A stretch of 64,000 bases of DNA from Pseudomonadota bacterium (GTDB lineage Bacteria; Pseudomonadota; Alphaproteobacteria; JACQOE01). The stretch lies in assembly GCA_016202695.1 (NCBI GenBank), contig JACQOE010000029.1, positions 61,332 to 125,331 of the forward strand, in the 5' to 3' direction. The position numbers and the translations under genes are program-made. Numbering within the stretch: position 1 is the stretch's first letter; each line of letters opens with the position of its first letter. Positions 22,342-33,016 of this stretch are shown piece after piece. A model generated the notes under the pieces. It searched no databases, was not told the DNA's origin, and saw nothing but the letters and a program-made list of their open reading frames with translations.

Positions 22342-23289
22342 ATGGAGAGAGCGCCCCTCACCATCCTGCTTGCCGCCCCCCGCGGCTTCTGCGCCGGGGT
22401 CGATCGGGCGATCAAGATCGTCGAGGAGGCGCTCGCGCGCTACGGCCCGCCCGTCTACGTCCGGCATGAGATCGTCCACAACCGCTTCGTGGTGGAGGGG
22501 CTCGAGGCCAAGGGGGCGGTATTCGTCGACGAACTCGACGAGGTCCCCGAGGACGGCCAGCCAGTCGTCTTCTCCGCCCACGGCGTGCCGAAGCGGGTTC
22601 CGGCCGAGGCCGCCCGGCGCAAGCTGTTCTATCTCGATGCCACTTGCCCGCTGGTGAGCAAGGTCCACCACGAGGCCGAGCGCCACTTCGCCCGCGGCCG
22701 CCATGTGATTCTCGTCGGCCACGCCGGCCATCCCGAGGTGATCGGCACCATGGGCCAGCTCCCCGAGGGGGCGGTCACCCTGGTGCAGACCGTGGCCGAG
22801 GCCGAGCGCGCGCGCATTCCCGGTGCCCGGCCCCTCGCCTACATCACCCAGACCACCCTCTCGGTCGACGACACCGCCGAGATTATCGCCGTGCTCACGC
22901 GCCGCTTTCCCGAAATCGAGGGCCCGCGACGCGAGGACATCTGCTATGCCACCACCAACCGCCAGCAGGCGGTGAAGGCGATCGCGCCCCGCGCCGATGC
23001 GCTCATCGTGATCGGTTCCCCCAACTCCTCCAACTCCAACCGGCTGGTCGAGGTCGCGCGGAAGGCGGGCTGCGCGCGCTCCATGCTGATCCAGCGCGCG
23101 CAGGCGATTCCGTGGCTGGCGCTGGCCGGCGTCGGCCACCTCGGGCTCACTGCTGGCGCCTCCGCCCCGGAGGTGCTAGTCGAGGAGGTGATCGCCGCCT
23201 TCCGCGAGCGCTTCGAGGTAACGATCGAGGAGGTCACGGTCACCGAGGAGGACGTGACCTTCAAGCTCCCCCTCGCCCTCGGCGCCTGA
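22342..23289 (+). CDS. ispH: 4-hydroxy-3-methylbut-2-enyl diphosphate reductase
   Basis: Start at Met75 of track ORF; [15 protein letters not shown]..., ...SAHGV..., ...TTNRQ... IspH/LytB motifs. Confidence 0.9.
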   Translation: MERAPLTILLAAPRGFCAGVDRAIKIVEEALARYGPPVYVRHEIVHNRFVVEGLEAKGAVFVDELDEVPEDGQPVVFSAHGVPKRVPAEAARRKLFYLDATCPLVSKVHHEAERHFARGRHVILVGHAGHPEVIGTMGQLPEGAVTLVQTVAEAERARIPGARPLAYITQTTLSVDDTAEIIAVLTRRFPEIEGPRREDICYATTNRQQAVKAIAPRADALIVIGSPNSSNSNRLVEVARKAGCARSMLIQRAQAIPWLALAGVGHLGLTAGASAPEVLVEEVIAAFRERFEVTIEEVTVTEEDVTFKLPLALGA

Positions 23290-23299
23290 CGAGTCTGGC

Positions 23300-24262
23300 A
23301 TGGCGGTCTATACCGAAGTCCCCGACGACGAACTGGCCGCCTTCCTCGCCCAGTACGACATCGGCAGGGTTGTGGCCTGCAAAGGCATCGCCGAGGGGGT
23401 TGAGAACTCCAACTATCTCCTGCAGACCGAGCGCGACACCTACATTCTCACCCTCTACGAGCGCCGGGTGGTGCCCGAGGATCTCCCTTACTTCCTCGGC
23501 CTGATGGAGTATCTGGCGGCGCGCGGCATCCCTTGCCCGACCCCGATCCGGGGCCGCGATGGCAAGGCCCTCCGCGCGCTCCGCCGCAAGCCAGCGGCCA
23601 TAGTCAGCTTCCTCGCCGGGGTCTGGCACCGGCGCCTCCTCCCCGAGCACTGCGCCAAGCTCGGCACCGCGCTCGCCAGGATGCATCTCGCTGGTCGCGA
23701 CTTTCCGATGGCCCGGGCGAACGACTACTCGCTCGGGGGCTGGCGGACGCTCTTCGAGCGCACCGCGGCGCGCGCCGGCGAGGTGTCCGCAAGCCTCGCC
23801 GAGGAGCTGGAGGCCGAGCTGCGCTTCCTCGAGGGCCACTGGCCCGAGGGCCTTCCGACCGGCAACATCCACGCCGACCTCTTCCCCGACAACGTCTTCT
23901 TCCTCGGCGAGGAGATCTCCGGCCTGATCGACTTCTACTTCGCCTGCACCGACTTCTTCGCCTACGACATCGCGGTCTGCCTGAACGCCTGGTGCTTCGA
24001 GCCCGACCTCACCTTCAACACCACCAAGGCGCTTCGCCTCCTGGCCAGCTACCGCCGCGTGCGCAAGATCGAGCCCGCCGAGGCCGAGGCGCTGCCGGTG
24101 CTGGTACGGGGAAGCGCGCTCCGCTTCCTGCTTACCCGCCTTTACGACTGGCTCAACCGCGCCGAGGGCGCGCTGGTGACGCCCAAGGACCCGCGCGAGT
24201 TCCTGCGCAAGCTCCGCTTCCACCAGCGGGCCGCGGGGCCCGCCCTCTACGGCCTGCAATGA
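23300..24262 (+). CDS. thrB: Homoserine kinase, APH-fold type (alphaproteobacterial ThrB)
   Basis: [22 protein letters not shown]...[13 protein letters not shown]... ; HADLFPDN catalytic motif. Confidence 0.85.
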   Translation: MAVYTEVPDDELAAFLAQYDIGRVVACKGIAEGVENSNYLLQTERDTYILTLYERRVVPEDLPYFLGLMEYLAARGIPCPTPIRGRDGKALRALRRKPAAIVSFLAGVWHRRLLPEHCAKLGTALARMHLAGRDFPMARANDYSLGGWRTLFERTAARAGEVSASLAEELEAELRFLEGHWPEGLPTGNIHADLFPDNVFFLGEEISGLIDFYFACTDFFAYDIAVCLNAWCFEPDLTFNTTKALRLLASYRRVRKIEPAEAEALPVLVRGSALRFLLTRLYDWLNRAEGALVTPKDPREFLRKLRFHQRAAGPALYGLQ

Positions 24263-24726
24263 GCCCGGCGCGGACGGCCCGCGAGGCCGTCGTCGAGGCC
24301 TTCACCGACGGCGCGTGCAGCGGCAATCCGGGACCGGGCGGCTGGGGGGTGGTGCTGCGCTATCGCGGGCACGAGAAGGAACTCTACGGGGCCGAGGCCG
24401 AAACCACCAACAACCGCATGGAGCTCACCGCGGCGATCGCCGCGCTGGAGGCGCTCAAACGCCCGGCGCGGGTGGTGCTGCACACCGACAGCCTCTACCT
24501 CAGGGACGGCATAACCCGCTGGATCCACCGGTGGAAGGCGCGCGGTTGGCGGACCTCCGATCGCAAGCCGGTCAAGAACCTCGATCTCTGGCAGCGCCTC
24601 GAATCGCTCCTCGCCCGCCACGAGGTGACGTGGCGCTGGGTCCGCGGCCACGCCGGACATGCCGAGAACGAGCGGGCCGACGCCCTCGCCCGCCGCGGTA
24701 TCGCCGAGGCCCGCACGGAGGGCTGA
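24259..24726 (+). CDS. rnhA: Ribonuclease HI
   Basis: ATGA overlap with thrB stop; [15 protein letters not shown]...TNNRMEL...HAGH..NE.AD motifs. Confidence 0.9.
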   Translation: MSPARTAREAVVEAFTDGACSGNPGPGGWGVVLRYRGHEKELYGAEAETTNNRMELTAAIAALEALKRPARVVLHTDSLYLRDGITRWIHRWKARGWRTSDRKPVKNLDLWQRLESLLARHEVTWRWVRGHAGHAENERADALARRGIAEARTEG

Positions 24727-25041
24727 CCCGGAGACCGATCGGGGGCTGACGGCGAGTCCGCCGATTGCGTTTTGCCCGAACTCGGGGTATTGGTACCTCT
24801 ACGTGGGGGTGCAGGCCCCCTGCAACCCAAGATGCACCGCGTTCAAGCCCTGCTCGGGTAAGTTTATGCTCGAGGAGGACATCATGGACGCGGTTTTTCG
24901 TTCGATCCCGGTTTCCGCCCTCACCGGAGTTGTGGACAACCTATCGAAAGCTCACAGCGAGAGCACGATCTTCCCAGGCGGAAACGGAACGGGAGCCGCG
25001 GCCGGCCCCCGTGTCCTTGCCTCCTTCGGGCGGCTCTCGGG

Positions 25042-25521
25042 TCAGAGGCCCTTAAGCAGGGTCTCGGCCGAGCTCTTGTCGACCCCCGTGCCTTCCTCGA
25101 GGTTGAAGGTTTTGACCACGCCGTTGTCGACGATCATGGCGTAGCGGCGCGAGCGTACGCCGAGGCCGCGCTCGACGAGGTCGAGCTCGAGCCCGAGCGA
25201 TTTGGCGAGCTTGCCGCTGCCGTCGGCGAGCATGGTCACCTTGCCGGCCGTGTTCTGGACCTTGCCCCAGGCATCCATGACGAAGACGTCGTTCACCGCG
25301 ACGCAGGCGACCTCGCTCACCCCCTTGGCCTTGATCTTGTCCGCGTTCATCACGAATCCGGGGAGATGCTTGGCCGAGCAGCCCGGAGTGAAGGCCCCGG
25401 GAACCCCGAACAGGGCCACCTTACGGCCCTTGAAGAACTCGTCCGTCGACACGTCTTTCGGCCCGTCCGGCCCCATCACCTTGAGCGTGGCCGAAGGGAA
25501 CTTGTCGCCCACCTTGATCAT
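25042..25521 (-). CDS. Peroxiredoxin (Prx5-like, AhpC/TSA family)
   Basis: Start at Met261 of track ORF (MIKVGDKFP...); VPGAFTPGCS peroxidatic Cys motif. Confidence 0.9.
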   Translation of the reverse strand: MIKVGDKFPSATLKVMGPDGPKDVSTDEFFKGRKVALFGVPGAFTPGCSAKHLPGFVMNADKIKAKGVSEVACVAVNDVFVMDAWGKVQNTAGKVTMLADGSGKLAKSLGLELDLVERGLGVRSRRYAMIVDNGVVKTFNLEEGTGVDKSSAETLLKGL

Positions 25522-25640
25522 CGCACCCTCTCTCTTTGGAATCCGAATTGCCAGGATCGCGCCGTGCCGCCCGCGCCGCGGGCCCGATCGCGCGCCCGCT
25601 CCTAAGATAGGGTTTTTCCGATGCTGCGCCAGCCCCGGCG

Positions 25641-27866
25641 TCAGCGGCGAAGCCCGGCGGTCCGCCCGCTCCTCCCCCTCGCCCGCTCGACCGCGTCCAG
25701 CACCTCGTCGGTGGTGAGAAGCTCGGCCAACGCCAAGCCAGAGGGCGCCGCCGGCCCGTAGACGGCGGTGAACGGGATGCCGTAGCGCCCGAAGCTCGCG
25801 AGGTATGTCGAGATCGCCTCGTCGGGCGTGGTCCAGTCGGCGCGCATCGGCACCACCTCGCCGGCAGCGAGGCGGGCGCCCAGCTCGCCGCGCTCGAGCA
25901 CCAGCGCCTTGTTGACCTGGCAGGAGAGGCACCAGTCGGCGCTGACCGTGACCAGTACGACGCGGCCCTCGTCCACCAGCCGGGCGATGGCGGGGAGGTC
26001 GAACTCGCGCCACTTGACCGGGCCCACGCCCTCGGCGCCGCCGTCGCGCACCGCCGTCTTGCCGGCGAGCGGAAGCCCAAGCGCCGCCACCGCCACCACC
26101 CCGAGCGCCACGCCCAGCGCCCGGCGGAGCCCGCTTGTCCGCGCCTGGTGGCGGAGGAAGAATCCCCCGGCGAGGGCGAGGGCGAGCCCGGCGAGGGCGA
26201 ACGCGACCGCATGGCCGGCCTGGACGGCGAGAATCGTCAGCAGCCACACGGCCGTGCCGGCGAGGGCGAAGCCGAGAACCCGCTGCACCCACACCATCCA
26301 CGGCCCCGGCCTAGGCAGCACGGCGACCAGTCGCGGCCGGGCGGCAACCGCCAGGTAGGGCGCGGCGAGGCCCACCCCGAGGAGGGCGAAGACGGCGACG
26401 ATCTCGTCCGCGTCGCGGGCGAGCGCGAAGCCGACCGCGGGGCCGACGAACGGCGCCGAACAGGGGGTGGCGAGGAGCGTGGTGAGCGCGCCGGTGAGGA
26501 AATTGCCGAGGAAGCCCCGCGCCTCGCGCCCCCCATCCGCCTCGCCCGCGGCCGCGGCGGCAACGACACGGGGCAGGCGGACCTCGAACCAGCCCCACAG
26601 GTTGGCGGCGAAGGCGGTAAGCACGAGCACCATCGCCGCAAGGAAGAGCGGCTGCTGGAACTGGATGCCCCAGCCCACCCGCGCTCCGGCGAGCTTCACC
26701 GCCACCAGGGCGCCGGCGAGAGCGAAGAAGGAGGCGACGATTCCCGCCGCGACCGCGAGGAAGCTCACGCGCACCTCGGCACCCGTCCGCCCGCCCGCCC
26801 GGATCACGCCCAGGAACTTGATCGAGAGCACCGGCAGCACGCACGGCATCAGGTTGAGGATCAGCCCGCCGAGGAGGGCAAGCCCGAGCATGGCGAGGAG
26901 CCCGGCCTCGAGCGGCGCGTCGAGGTCGCCGGCCGCGACCGCTTCCACCTTCTGCTCGACCGCCCGCCCCCCCGAGACCAGCGTGAGCGTGAGGCTTTGG
27001 CCCGCCAGCGCCGCGTAGGCGTCGCGGCCCCTGACCGCGACGGTGAGGATCGCCCGCCGCTCGCGCTCGGTGAGCTCCATCTCCGGCGGCGGGAACTGGA
27101 AGCCGCGCGGACCCTCGACGATAAGGTCGGTCCGCTCGATCGGAAATGCCGAGCGCACCGCTACCCGGAGCGCCGCCCCCGAGGGAACGCGCCCGATGCG
27201 CACCCCCTCGATTCTCAGGCCGAGGTCGGCGGCGCCCCCCGGCACCCTGGCCCGGTAGCGCTCGATGAGGTGGGCGAAGGGAGTCACCCCCGCCTCGCCG
27301 GGGGGAAGCTCGAGGGCCAGCGCATGGCTGTAGGGAATACAGATCTCCTTGCAGACGAGGTAGTCGAGCGCGGCGCGAAGCGCCAGTGTCCGCGCCGGAT
27401 CGGCGACCCGCACACGCACCGGCAGGACCACCTCGCCGTCGTAGCCCATGGTCTGCAGGCCGAACGCCTCGAACCGCTCGGGCACCGGCCAAAGGATCTC
27501 GGCGGCGGCGAGGTTGGTCGAGCCCGACCAGTCAACGCGCGGCGGGATACCCGCGTCGCCGGGCGAGCGCCAGTAGATCTTCCAGCCCGGCAGCATTTGG
27601 AACTGAAGCCCAACGAGCAGGCCCTCGCGCGCCGCCGCCCCGACCCCCGCCCCGCCGGTGCCGAGCGCGCCCGCCGCCGAGACCAGCCGCACCGCGGCGT
27701 GGTCGTTCCGCGACCAGTCGGAGGCGCCGGAGGACGGCGCCGCCGCGGCGCCGGCCGCAGCCAGCCCAAGCGCGACGCAGGCGGCGAGTACCGGCCCGAT
27801 CCGCCGCGCCACCCGGGTTGTCCTCCTCCGCACGCTCACCCGTTCCTGCTCCTCGTGCCGCTCCAT
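25641..27866 (-). CDS. DsbD/ScsB-family protein-disulfide reductase (N-terminal periplasmic domain, TM core, C-terminal thioredoxin); exact start uncertain
   Basis: Central ...LMPCVLPVLSIKF... and second Cys in TM core; C-terminal thioredoxin WCLSC. Confidence 0.8.
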   Translation of the reverse strand: MERHEEQERVSVRRRTTRVARRIGPVLAACVALGLAAAGAAAAPSSGASDWSRNDHAAVRLVSAAGALGTGGAGVGAAAREGLLVGLQFQMLPGWKIYWRSPGDAGIPPRVDWSGSTNLAAAEILWPVPERFEAFGLQTMGYDGEVVLPVRVRVADPARTLALRAALDYLVCKEICIPYSHALALELPPGEAGVTPFAHLIERYRARVPGGAADLGLRIEGVRIGRVPSGAALRVAVRSAFPIERTDLIVEGPRGFQFPPPEMELTERERRAILTVAVRGRDAYAALAGQSLTLTLVSGGRAVEQKVEAVAAGDLDAPLEAGLLAMLGLALLGGLILNLMPCVLPVLSIKFLGVIRAGGRTGAEVRVSFLAVAAGIVASFFALAGALVAVKLAGARVGWGIQFQQPLFLAAMVLVLTAFAANLWGWFEVRLPRVVAAAAAGEADGGREARGFLGNFLTGALTTLLATPCSAPFVGPAVGFALARDADEIVAVFALLGVGLAAPYLAVAARPRLVAVLPRPGPWMVWVQRVLGFALAGTAVWLLTILAVQAGHAVAFALAGLALALAGGFFLRHQARTSGLRRALGVALGVVAVAALGLPLAGKTAVRDGGAEGVGPVKWREFDLPAIARLVDEGRVVLVTVSADWCLSCQVNKALVLERGELGARLAAGEVVPMRADWTTPDEAISTYLASFGRYGIPFTAVYGPAAPSGLALAELLTTDEVLDAVERARGRSGRTAGLRR

Positions 27867-28140
27867 CCGAATCGTCCGCCTTGCCCGCGTCGGCGGGCGC
27901 GGCAGGCGCCGGGACTCGAAACGGCGCGCACCCTATCACGTCTCCGGCTCACCGGACGTCACAATCCCGTGTCAGCCGGCGCGATCCGAGCCTTCCGCGC
28001 TTGTTCCGGCCTTAGCCGGCTGGCACTATATATATGCAGGCCGAACCGGAATGGAGAGTTGGGGGCGGGGTTGGAAAATCAGGCCCGGCAGCGCGGTCGG
28101 GCCGAGCTTGGAGACGAGGCCGCGGGCCTCGCGGGACGAG

Positions 28141-28716
28141 ATGAGCACTGCGCCAGACTCGACCGGTTACCTGACGGGCAAGCTGCTGCTCGCCATGCCG
28201 CAGATGCAGGATCCCCGCTTCGTCAAGACGGTGATCTACATGTGCGCGCACACCTCCGACGGGGCGATGGGGCTGGTCGTCAACCGCCCGGTCACTAACC
28301 TCTCCTTCCCCGACCTCCTCGAGCAGCTCGACATCAAGGAACCCTCGGGCAAGCGCGAAATCCGCATCCACTTCGGCGGGCCGGTCGAATCGAGCCGCGG
28401 CTTCGTGCTCCACTCGGCAGATTACGTGCAGCCCGGCACCATGGTGGTGAACAACGACGTCGCCCTCACCGCGACCGTGGAGATCCTGCGCGAGATCGCC
28501 CGCGGCGGCGGGCCCCGCGACTGCCTTCTGGTGCTCGGCTACGCCGGGTGGGGGCCGGGGCAGCTCGACAGCGAGATCCAGGCCAACGCCTGGCTTCACG
28601 TGGACGCCGATCGCGATCTCGTCTTCGGCCAGGACATCGACGACAAGTGGGAGAAGGCGATGCGGAAACTCGGCATCGATCCCCACCTCCTCTCCGGCAA
28701 CGCCGGTCACGCCTGA
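28141..28716 (+). CDS. YqgE/AlgH family protein (UPF0301)
   Basis: Start at Met162 of track ORF; GKLLLAMPQMQDPRF...GGPV... pattern. Confidence 0.85.
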   Translation: MSTAPDSTGYLTGKLLLAMPQMQDPRFVKTVIYMCAHTSDGAMGLVVNRPVTNLSFPDLLEQLDIKEPSGKREIRIHFGGPVESSRGFVLHSADYVQPGTMVVNNDVALTATVEILREIARGGGPRDCLLVLGYAGWGPGQLDSEIQANAWLHVDADRDLVFGQDIDDKWEKAMRKLGIDPHLLSGNAGHA

Positions 28717-28767
28717 ACCCGCACGGCCCGACGCCAAGCCGCCGCGGCACGAGGGCCCGAGCCGCGC

Positions 28768-30024
28768 TCAGGCGAGCCGAGCGGCGATCCGCTCAAGGGG
28801 TTCGAGGTTAGCGATCAGTCCCAGGGCGGCGAACGCGGGGGCCGTGCGGAAGAGTCGGCGGGCAACGGCGGTTACCGTGCCGGCGTCGATCGCGTCGATG
28901 TTGGCGATCGTCTCCTCGACCGGGACGGGGCGGCCGTAGACGTGAAGCTGCCGGGCGAGCTGCTCGCAGCGCGCCGACGTGCTTTCGAGCGACATCAGGA
29001 TGCTCGCCTTGAGTTGCGCTCTGGCGCGGATCACTTCCTCCTCGCCAACCTCGGCCGCCGCCTTCTGCAGCTCCTCGCAGACCACGGGGACGAGATCGCG
29101 GACCTCTTCCTCGCCGGTGCCGGCATAGAGCCCGAAGACGCCGTTGTCCATGTACGAGGACGAGAAGGTGTAGATGCTGTAGCAGAGGCCGCGCCGCTCA
29201 CGGACCTCCTGGAAGAGCCGCGACGACATGCCGCCGCCGAGCAGGGTGGAGAGTACCAGCCCGGCGTAGAAGTCGGGGTGCGCATAGGCGACCCCGGCGA
29301 AGCCGAGCACCATGTGCACCTGCTCGAGCGGACGGGCCTCGCGCACCTCGCCGCCCACATACTTGGCCGGATCGCCCGCGGTTGCGCGGTCGACGGGGAG
29401 CTGGTCGAAGGCCCGCGCCGCCAGCTCGACGAAAGGCTCGTGTGCGATCCGGCCGGCGGCCGAGATCACGAGCCGCGACGGGCCGTAGTGCTGATCTAGG
29501 TAGGCGCGCACCGCCTCGCGCGAGAGCGCGCGCACGCGCGCGGCCTCGCCCAACACCGAGCGGCCGAGCGCCTGGCCGGGGAAGGCCACCTCCTGAAAAC
29601 GGTCGAAGATCACGTCGTCAGGGGTATCGTTGACCTGGCCGATCTCCTGCAGGATCACCTGCCGCTCGCGCTCCAGCTCCTCGGCGTCGAAGACCGAGTG
29701 CTGGAGGATGTCGGCAAGGATGTCCAGCGCGAGGGGCACGTCGCCGTGCAGAACCTTGGCGTAGTAGGCGGTATGCTCGCGAGAGGTGTAGGCGTTGAGG
29801 TGCCCGCCCACCGACTCGATCTCCTCGGCGATCTGGCGGGCGGTGCGCCGGCGCGTGCCCTTGAAGGCCATGTGCTCGAGCATGTGGGCGACGCCGTTGA
29901 CCTCGGCCGGCTCGTGGCGGGTGCCCGCCCCGGCCCACACGCCGAGCGCCACCGTCTCCACCTGATCCATCGGGTCGGTGGCGACACGAAGCCCGCTCGT
30001 CAGGGTGGTGACGCGAACGCTCAT
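28768..30024 (-). CDS. M16-family zinc peptidase (pitrilysin/PqqL-like)
   Basis: HMLEHMAFKGT inverted zinc-binding motif HxxEH; two-domain M16 architecture. Confidence 0.85.
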   Translation of the reverse strand: MSVRVTTLTSGLRVATDPMDQVETVALGVWAGAGTRHEPAEVNGVAHMLEHMAFKGTRRRTARQIAEEIESVGGHLNAYTSREHTAYYAKVLHGDVPLALDILADILQHSVFDAEELERERQVILQEIGQVNDTPDDVIFDRFQEVAFPGQALGRSVLGEAARVRALSREAVRAYLDQHYGPSRLVISAAGRIAHEPFVELAARAFDQLPVDRATAGDPAKYVGGEVREARPLEQVHMVLGFAGVAYAHPDFYAGLVLSTLLGGGMSSRLFQEVRERRGLCYSIYTFSSSYMDNGVFGLYAGTGEEEVRDLVPVVCEELQKAAAEVGEEEVIRARAQLKASILMSLESTSARCEQLARQLHVYGRPVPVEETIANIDAIDAGTVTAVARRLFRTAPAFAALGLIANLEPLERIAARLA

Positions 30025-31427
30025 GCCGCCGCCCGCCGTCCCGCCTTGGCGCGGACGAACGCCTGGATCCGGGCGAGGTCGTTGGGCAGCACCACCAGCC
30101 GCTCCTCGAGCTCGAGGAGGTCGGCAAGGCGCGAGGGAAGCCGCGGACGCACGCCGGTCGCCCGCTCCACCGCCTCGGGGAACTTGGCCGCATGCGCGCA
30201 GGCAAGCGCGATCATCGGCACGGCCGCATCCCGCCGGCCCGCGCGCGCGGCGGCGAGACCGACGGCGGTATGCGGGTCGATCAGCTCGCCCGTCGCCCTA
30301 TAGGTCTCGCGGATGGCGGCAAGCGTGCCGGCGTCGTCGAGGCGCCGGCCGTCGAACAGCGCCTGCAAGGCCGCCAGACGCTCGTCGCTTGCGGCGAGCG
30401 CACCCGTCTCGCGGAATCGGCGCATGTCGGCGGCCAGCGCCTCGCCGTCGCGGCCGTAAAGATCGAACAGGAGGCGCTCGAAATTGCTCGACACCTGGAT
30501 GTCCATGCTCGGGCTCAAGGACGGCTCCACCGCCGCCATCTTCATCACCCCGGTCTCGAAGAAGCGGGTGAGGATGTCGTTGCGGTTTGAGGCGACGACG
30601 AAATGTGTCACCGGCAGCCCCATCCGGCGGGCGACGTAGGCGGCGTAGACGTTGCCGAAGTTGCCGGTGGGAACGGCGAAGGCGACGGCCCGATCGGGCG
30701 CGCCGAGGGCGACCCCCGCCCAGACGTAGTAAACGACCTGGGCCGCGATCCGCGCCCAGTTGATCGAGTTGACCGCCGAGAGGTTGAGCTCGTGGCGGAA
30801 GGCGGCGTCGTTGAACATCGCCTTCACCAGGTCCTGGCAATCGTCGAAGGTGCCCTCGATGGCGAGGTTGTGCACGTTGGCCGAGGCCACGGTCGTCATC
30901 TGCCGGCGCTGCACCTCGGAGACGCGGCCCCGGGGGTGGAGGATGAAGATGTCGACTGCGTCGCGGTCGCGGCAGGCCTCGATCGCGGCCGAGCCGGTGT
31001 CGCCCGAGGTCGCGCCGACGACCGTGATCCGCTCACCCCGGCGCCTCAGCAGGTGGTCGAACAGCCGGCCGAGGAGCTGGAGCGCGTAGTCCTTGAAGGC
31101 GAGCGTGGGGCCGTGGAAGAGCTCCATCAACCAGAGATTCGAGTCGAGTTGCTTGAGCGGCGCCTTGGCGGGATGGCCGAAGGGAGCATAGGCGGCGGCG
31201 ACGAGCGCCGCGAAGTCGGAGTCGGGAATGCTGCCGCCGAGGAAGGGCCGCATCACCCGCATCGCGACCTCGGCGTAGGAAAGCCCCCGGAGCGCGCGCA
31301 TCTCCGCGTCCTCGAGCCGCGGAAAGGTCTCGGGCACGTAGAGGCCGCCGTCGCTCGCGAGTCCCGCGAGCAGAACCTCGTCGAAGCTGAGTGCGGGGGC
31401 GCGGCCCCGCGTGCTGACGTAGCGCAC
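30021..31427 (-). CDS. thrC: Threonine synthase
   Basis: GTG start at codon 254 of track ORF (MRYVSTRG...) preceded by AAGAGG; PLP Lys motif FKD; upstream 253 codons R-rich and rejected. Confidence 0.9.
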   Translation of the reverse strand: MRYVSTRGRAPALSFDEVLLAGLASDGGLYVPETFPRLEDAEMRALRGLSYAEVAMRVMRPFLGGSIPDSDFAALVAAAYAPFGHPAKAPLKQLDSNLWLMELFHGPTLAFKDYALQLLGRLFDHLLRRRGERITVVGATSGDTGSAAIEACRDRDAVDIFILHPRGRVSEVQRRQMTTVASANVHNLAIEGTFDDCQDLVKAMFNDAAFRHELNLSAVNSINWARIAAQVVYYVWAGVALGAPDRAVAFAVPTGNFGNVYAAYVARRMGLPVTHFVVASNRNDILTRFFETGVMKMAAVEPSLSPSMDIQVSSNFERLLFDLYGRDGEALAADMRRFRETGALAASDERLAALQALFDGRRLDDAGTLAAIRETYRATGELIDPHTAVGLAAARAGRRDAAVPMIALACAHAAKFPEAVERATGVRPRLPSRLADLLELEERLVVLPNDLARIQAFVRAKAGRRAAA

Positions 31428-31528
31428 CGCCTCTTGTCCCGTGTTTGCCGTCCTCGGCCGGTCGCGGATACTAGACCGGGGCGCGCGCGAGCGACAAGCG
31501 CCCCTCGAGGCGCGGGCGGCTGCGCCCC

Positions 31529-33016
31529 TCAAGGAAGGTAGCGCCGCTCGAGGTGGGTCTTGAACGCCTCCACGTCCAGCGGCCGGCCGGTCACCTGCAG
31601 GAGGAGGTCGTCGGTGGCAAGCAGCGAGCCCTTCGCGTGCACGTGCGTGCGCAGCCATTCGACCAGCGGTGCGAAGTCGCCGCGGCCGATCGCCGGCAGG
31701 ATGTCGGGCCGCTCGCGCACCGCCGCCTGGAAGAGCTGGGCCGCCATGACGGCCCCGAGCGTGTAGCTGGGGAAGTAACCGAACGCGCCCTCGTACCAGT
31801 GGATGTCCTGGAGGCAGCCCTCGCGCTGGTCGGCCGGCTCGATGCCGAGGAGTCGCTGCATGCCCTTGCGCCAGGCGTCGGGGAGGTCGGCCACCTGCAG
31901 CCGCCCCTCGATCAACGCCTTCTCCAGCCGGTAACGCAGGATCACGTGGGCGGGATAGGTGACCTCGTCGGCCTCGACCCGGATGAGGCCGGGGCGGACA
32001 CGGGTGCAAAGGCGGATCATGTTGCCGAGCGACCACTCCTCGCCGTCGACGCCGAAGTGCTCGCGGATCAGGTTGACGGCGAAGGCGAGGAACACTCGCG
32101 AGCGCGAGACCTGCATCTCGACCAGGAGCGCCTGGCTCTCGTGCACCGCCATGCTGCGGGCCCGCCCCACCGGCTGCTCGCACCACTCCGTCGGCAGCCC
32201 CCGCTCGTAGAGGGCGTGGCCGGTCTCGTGCAGCACCGCCATCAGCGACTCGCTGAAGTCGTGCTCCTTGAAACGGGTGGTCACCCGCACGTCACCCGGC
32301 GCGCCGGCGCAGAAGGGGTGCAGGCTCACGTCCAGCCGGCCGTGCGCGAAATCGAATCCGAGTCGCTCCATGAAGCTGCGCGCGAGCCGGAGCTGGGCAT
32401 CCTCTGGGAACGGGCCGGCGGGGCTTCGCGGCGGGCTCTCCCGCGCCTGGTGATCGAGCACGCGGGGGAGGAAATCGGGCAGGAACCGCTCGAGTTCGCC
32501 AAACACCGCACTGAGGCGCGCGGCGCGCATCCCCGGCTCGAAGGCGTCGAGGAGCGCGTCGTAGGCGTCGCAGGAGAGCGCCTGCGCCTTCGCCTGAGCG
32601 GCCTCGCGCTCGAGCGTGACCACCTCGGCGAGGTGGTCCCCGACCAAGCCGAAATCCGCCGCCGCTCGCGCCCGGCGCCAAGCCATGCCGCAGGCCGCCT
32701 GGGCGCGGGCGCGGGCCTCGACGAGATCGGCGGGAAGCGCGCTCGCATGGATCCGCTGCCGCTCCATCTCGCGAACGTTCGCCCGCTGCCACTCGCCGAG
32801 GCCGTCCTCGGACATCACCTCCTCAAGGAGCTCGGCGAGGCGTGGATCGGTGATCTCGCGGTGGGCGAGCACGGCGAGCGTCGCCAACTGCTCGCCCCTT
32901 GTCTCGGCCCCGCCCGGCGGCATGACCGTCGCCATGTCCCAGTGGAGGAGCTGGCTGATGCCGGAGAGATGCGTTAGCCGCCGGAAGCGGTCTTCGAGTT
33001 CGGCATAAGCGGGCAT
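31529..33016 (-). CDS. M32 carboxypeptidase (Taq-type zinc carboxypeptidase)
   Basis: HETGHALYE HEXXH motif; N-terminal MPAYAELEDRF...LLHWD... typical of M32; ATG at 33016 preceded by AAGAGG RBS. Confidence 0.85.
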   Translation of the reverse strand: MPAYAELEDRFRRLTHLSGISQLLHWDMATVMPPGGAETRGEQLATLAVLAHREITDPRLAELLEEVMSEDGLGEWQRANVREMERQRIHASALPADLVEARARAQAACGMAWRRARAAADFGLVGDHLAEVVTLEREAAQAKAQALSCDAYDALLDAFEPGMRAARLSAVFGELERFLPDFLPRVLDHQARESPPRSPAGPFPEDAQLRLARSFMERLGFDFAHGRLDVSLHPFCAGAPGDVRVTTRFKEHDFSESLMAVLHETGHALYERGLPTEWCEQPVGRARSMAVHESQALLVEMQVSRSRVFLAFAVNLIREHFGVDGEEWSLGNMIRLCTRVRPGLIRVEADEVTYPAHVILRYRLEKALIEGRLQVADLPDAWRKGMQRLLGIEPADQREGCLQDIHWYEGAFGYFPSYTLGAVMAAQLFQAAVRERPDILPAIGRGDFAPLVEWLRTHVHAKGSLLATDDLLLQVTGRPLDVEAFKTHLERRYLP

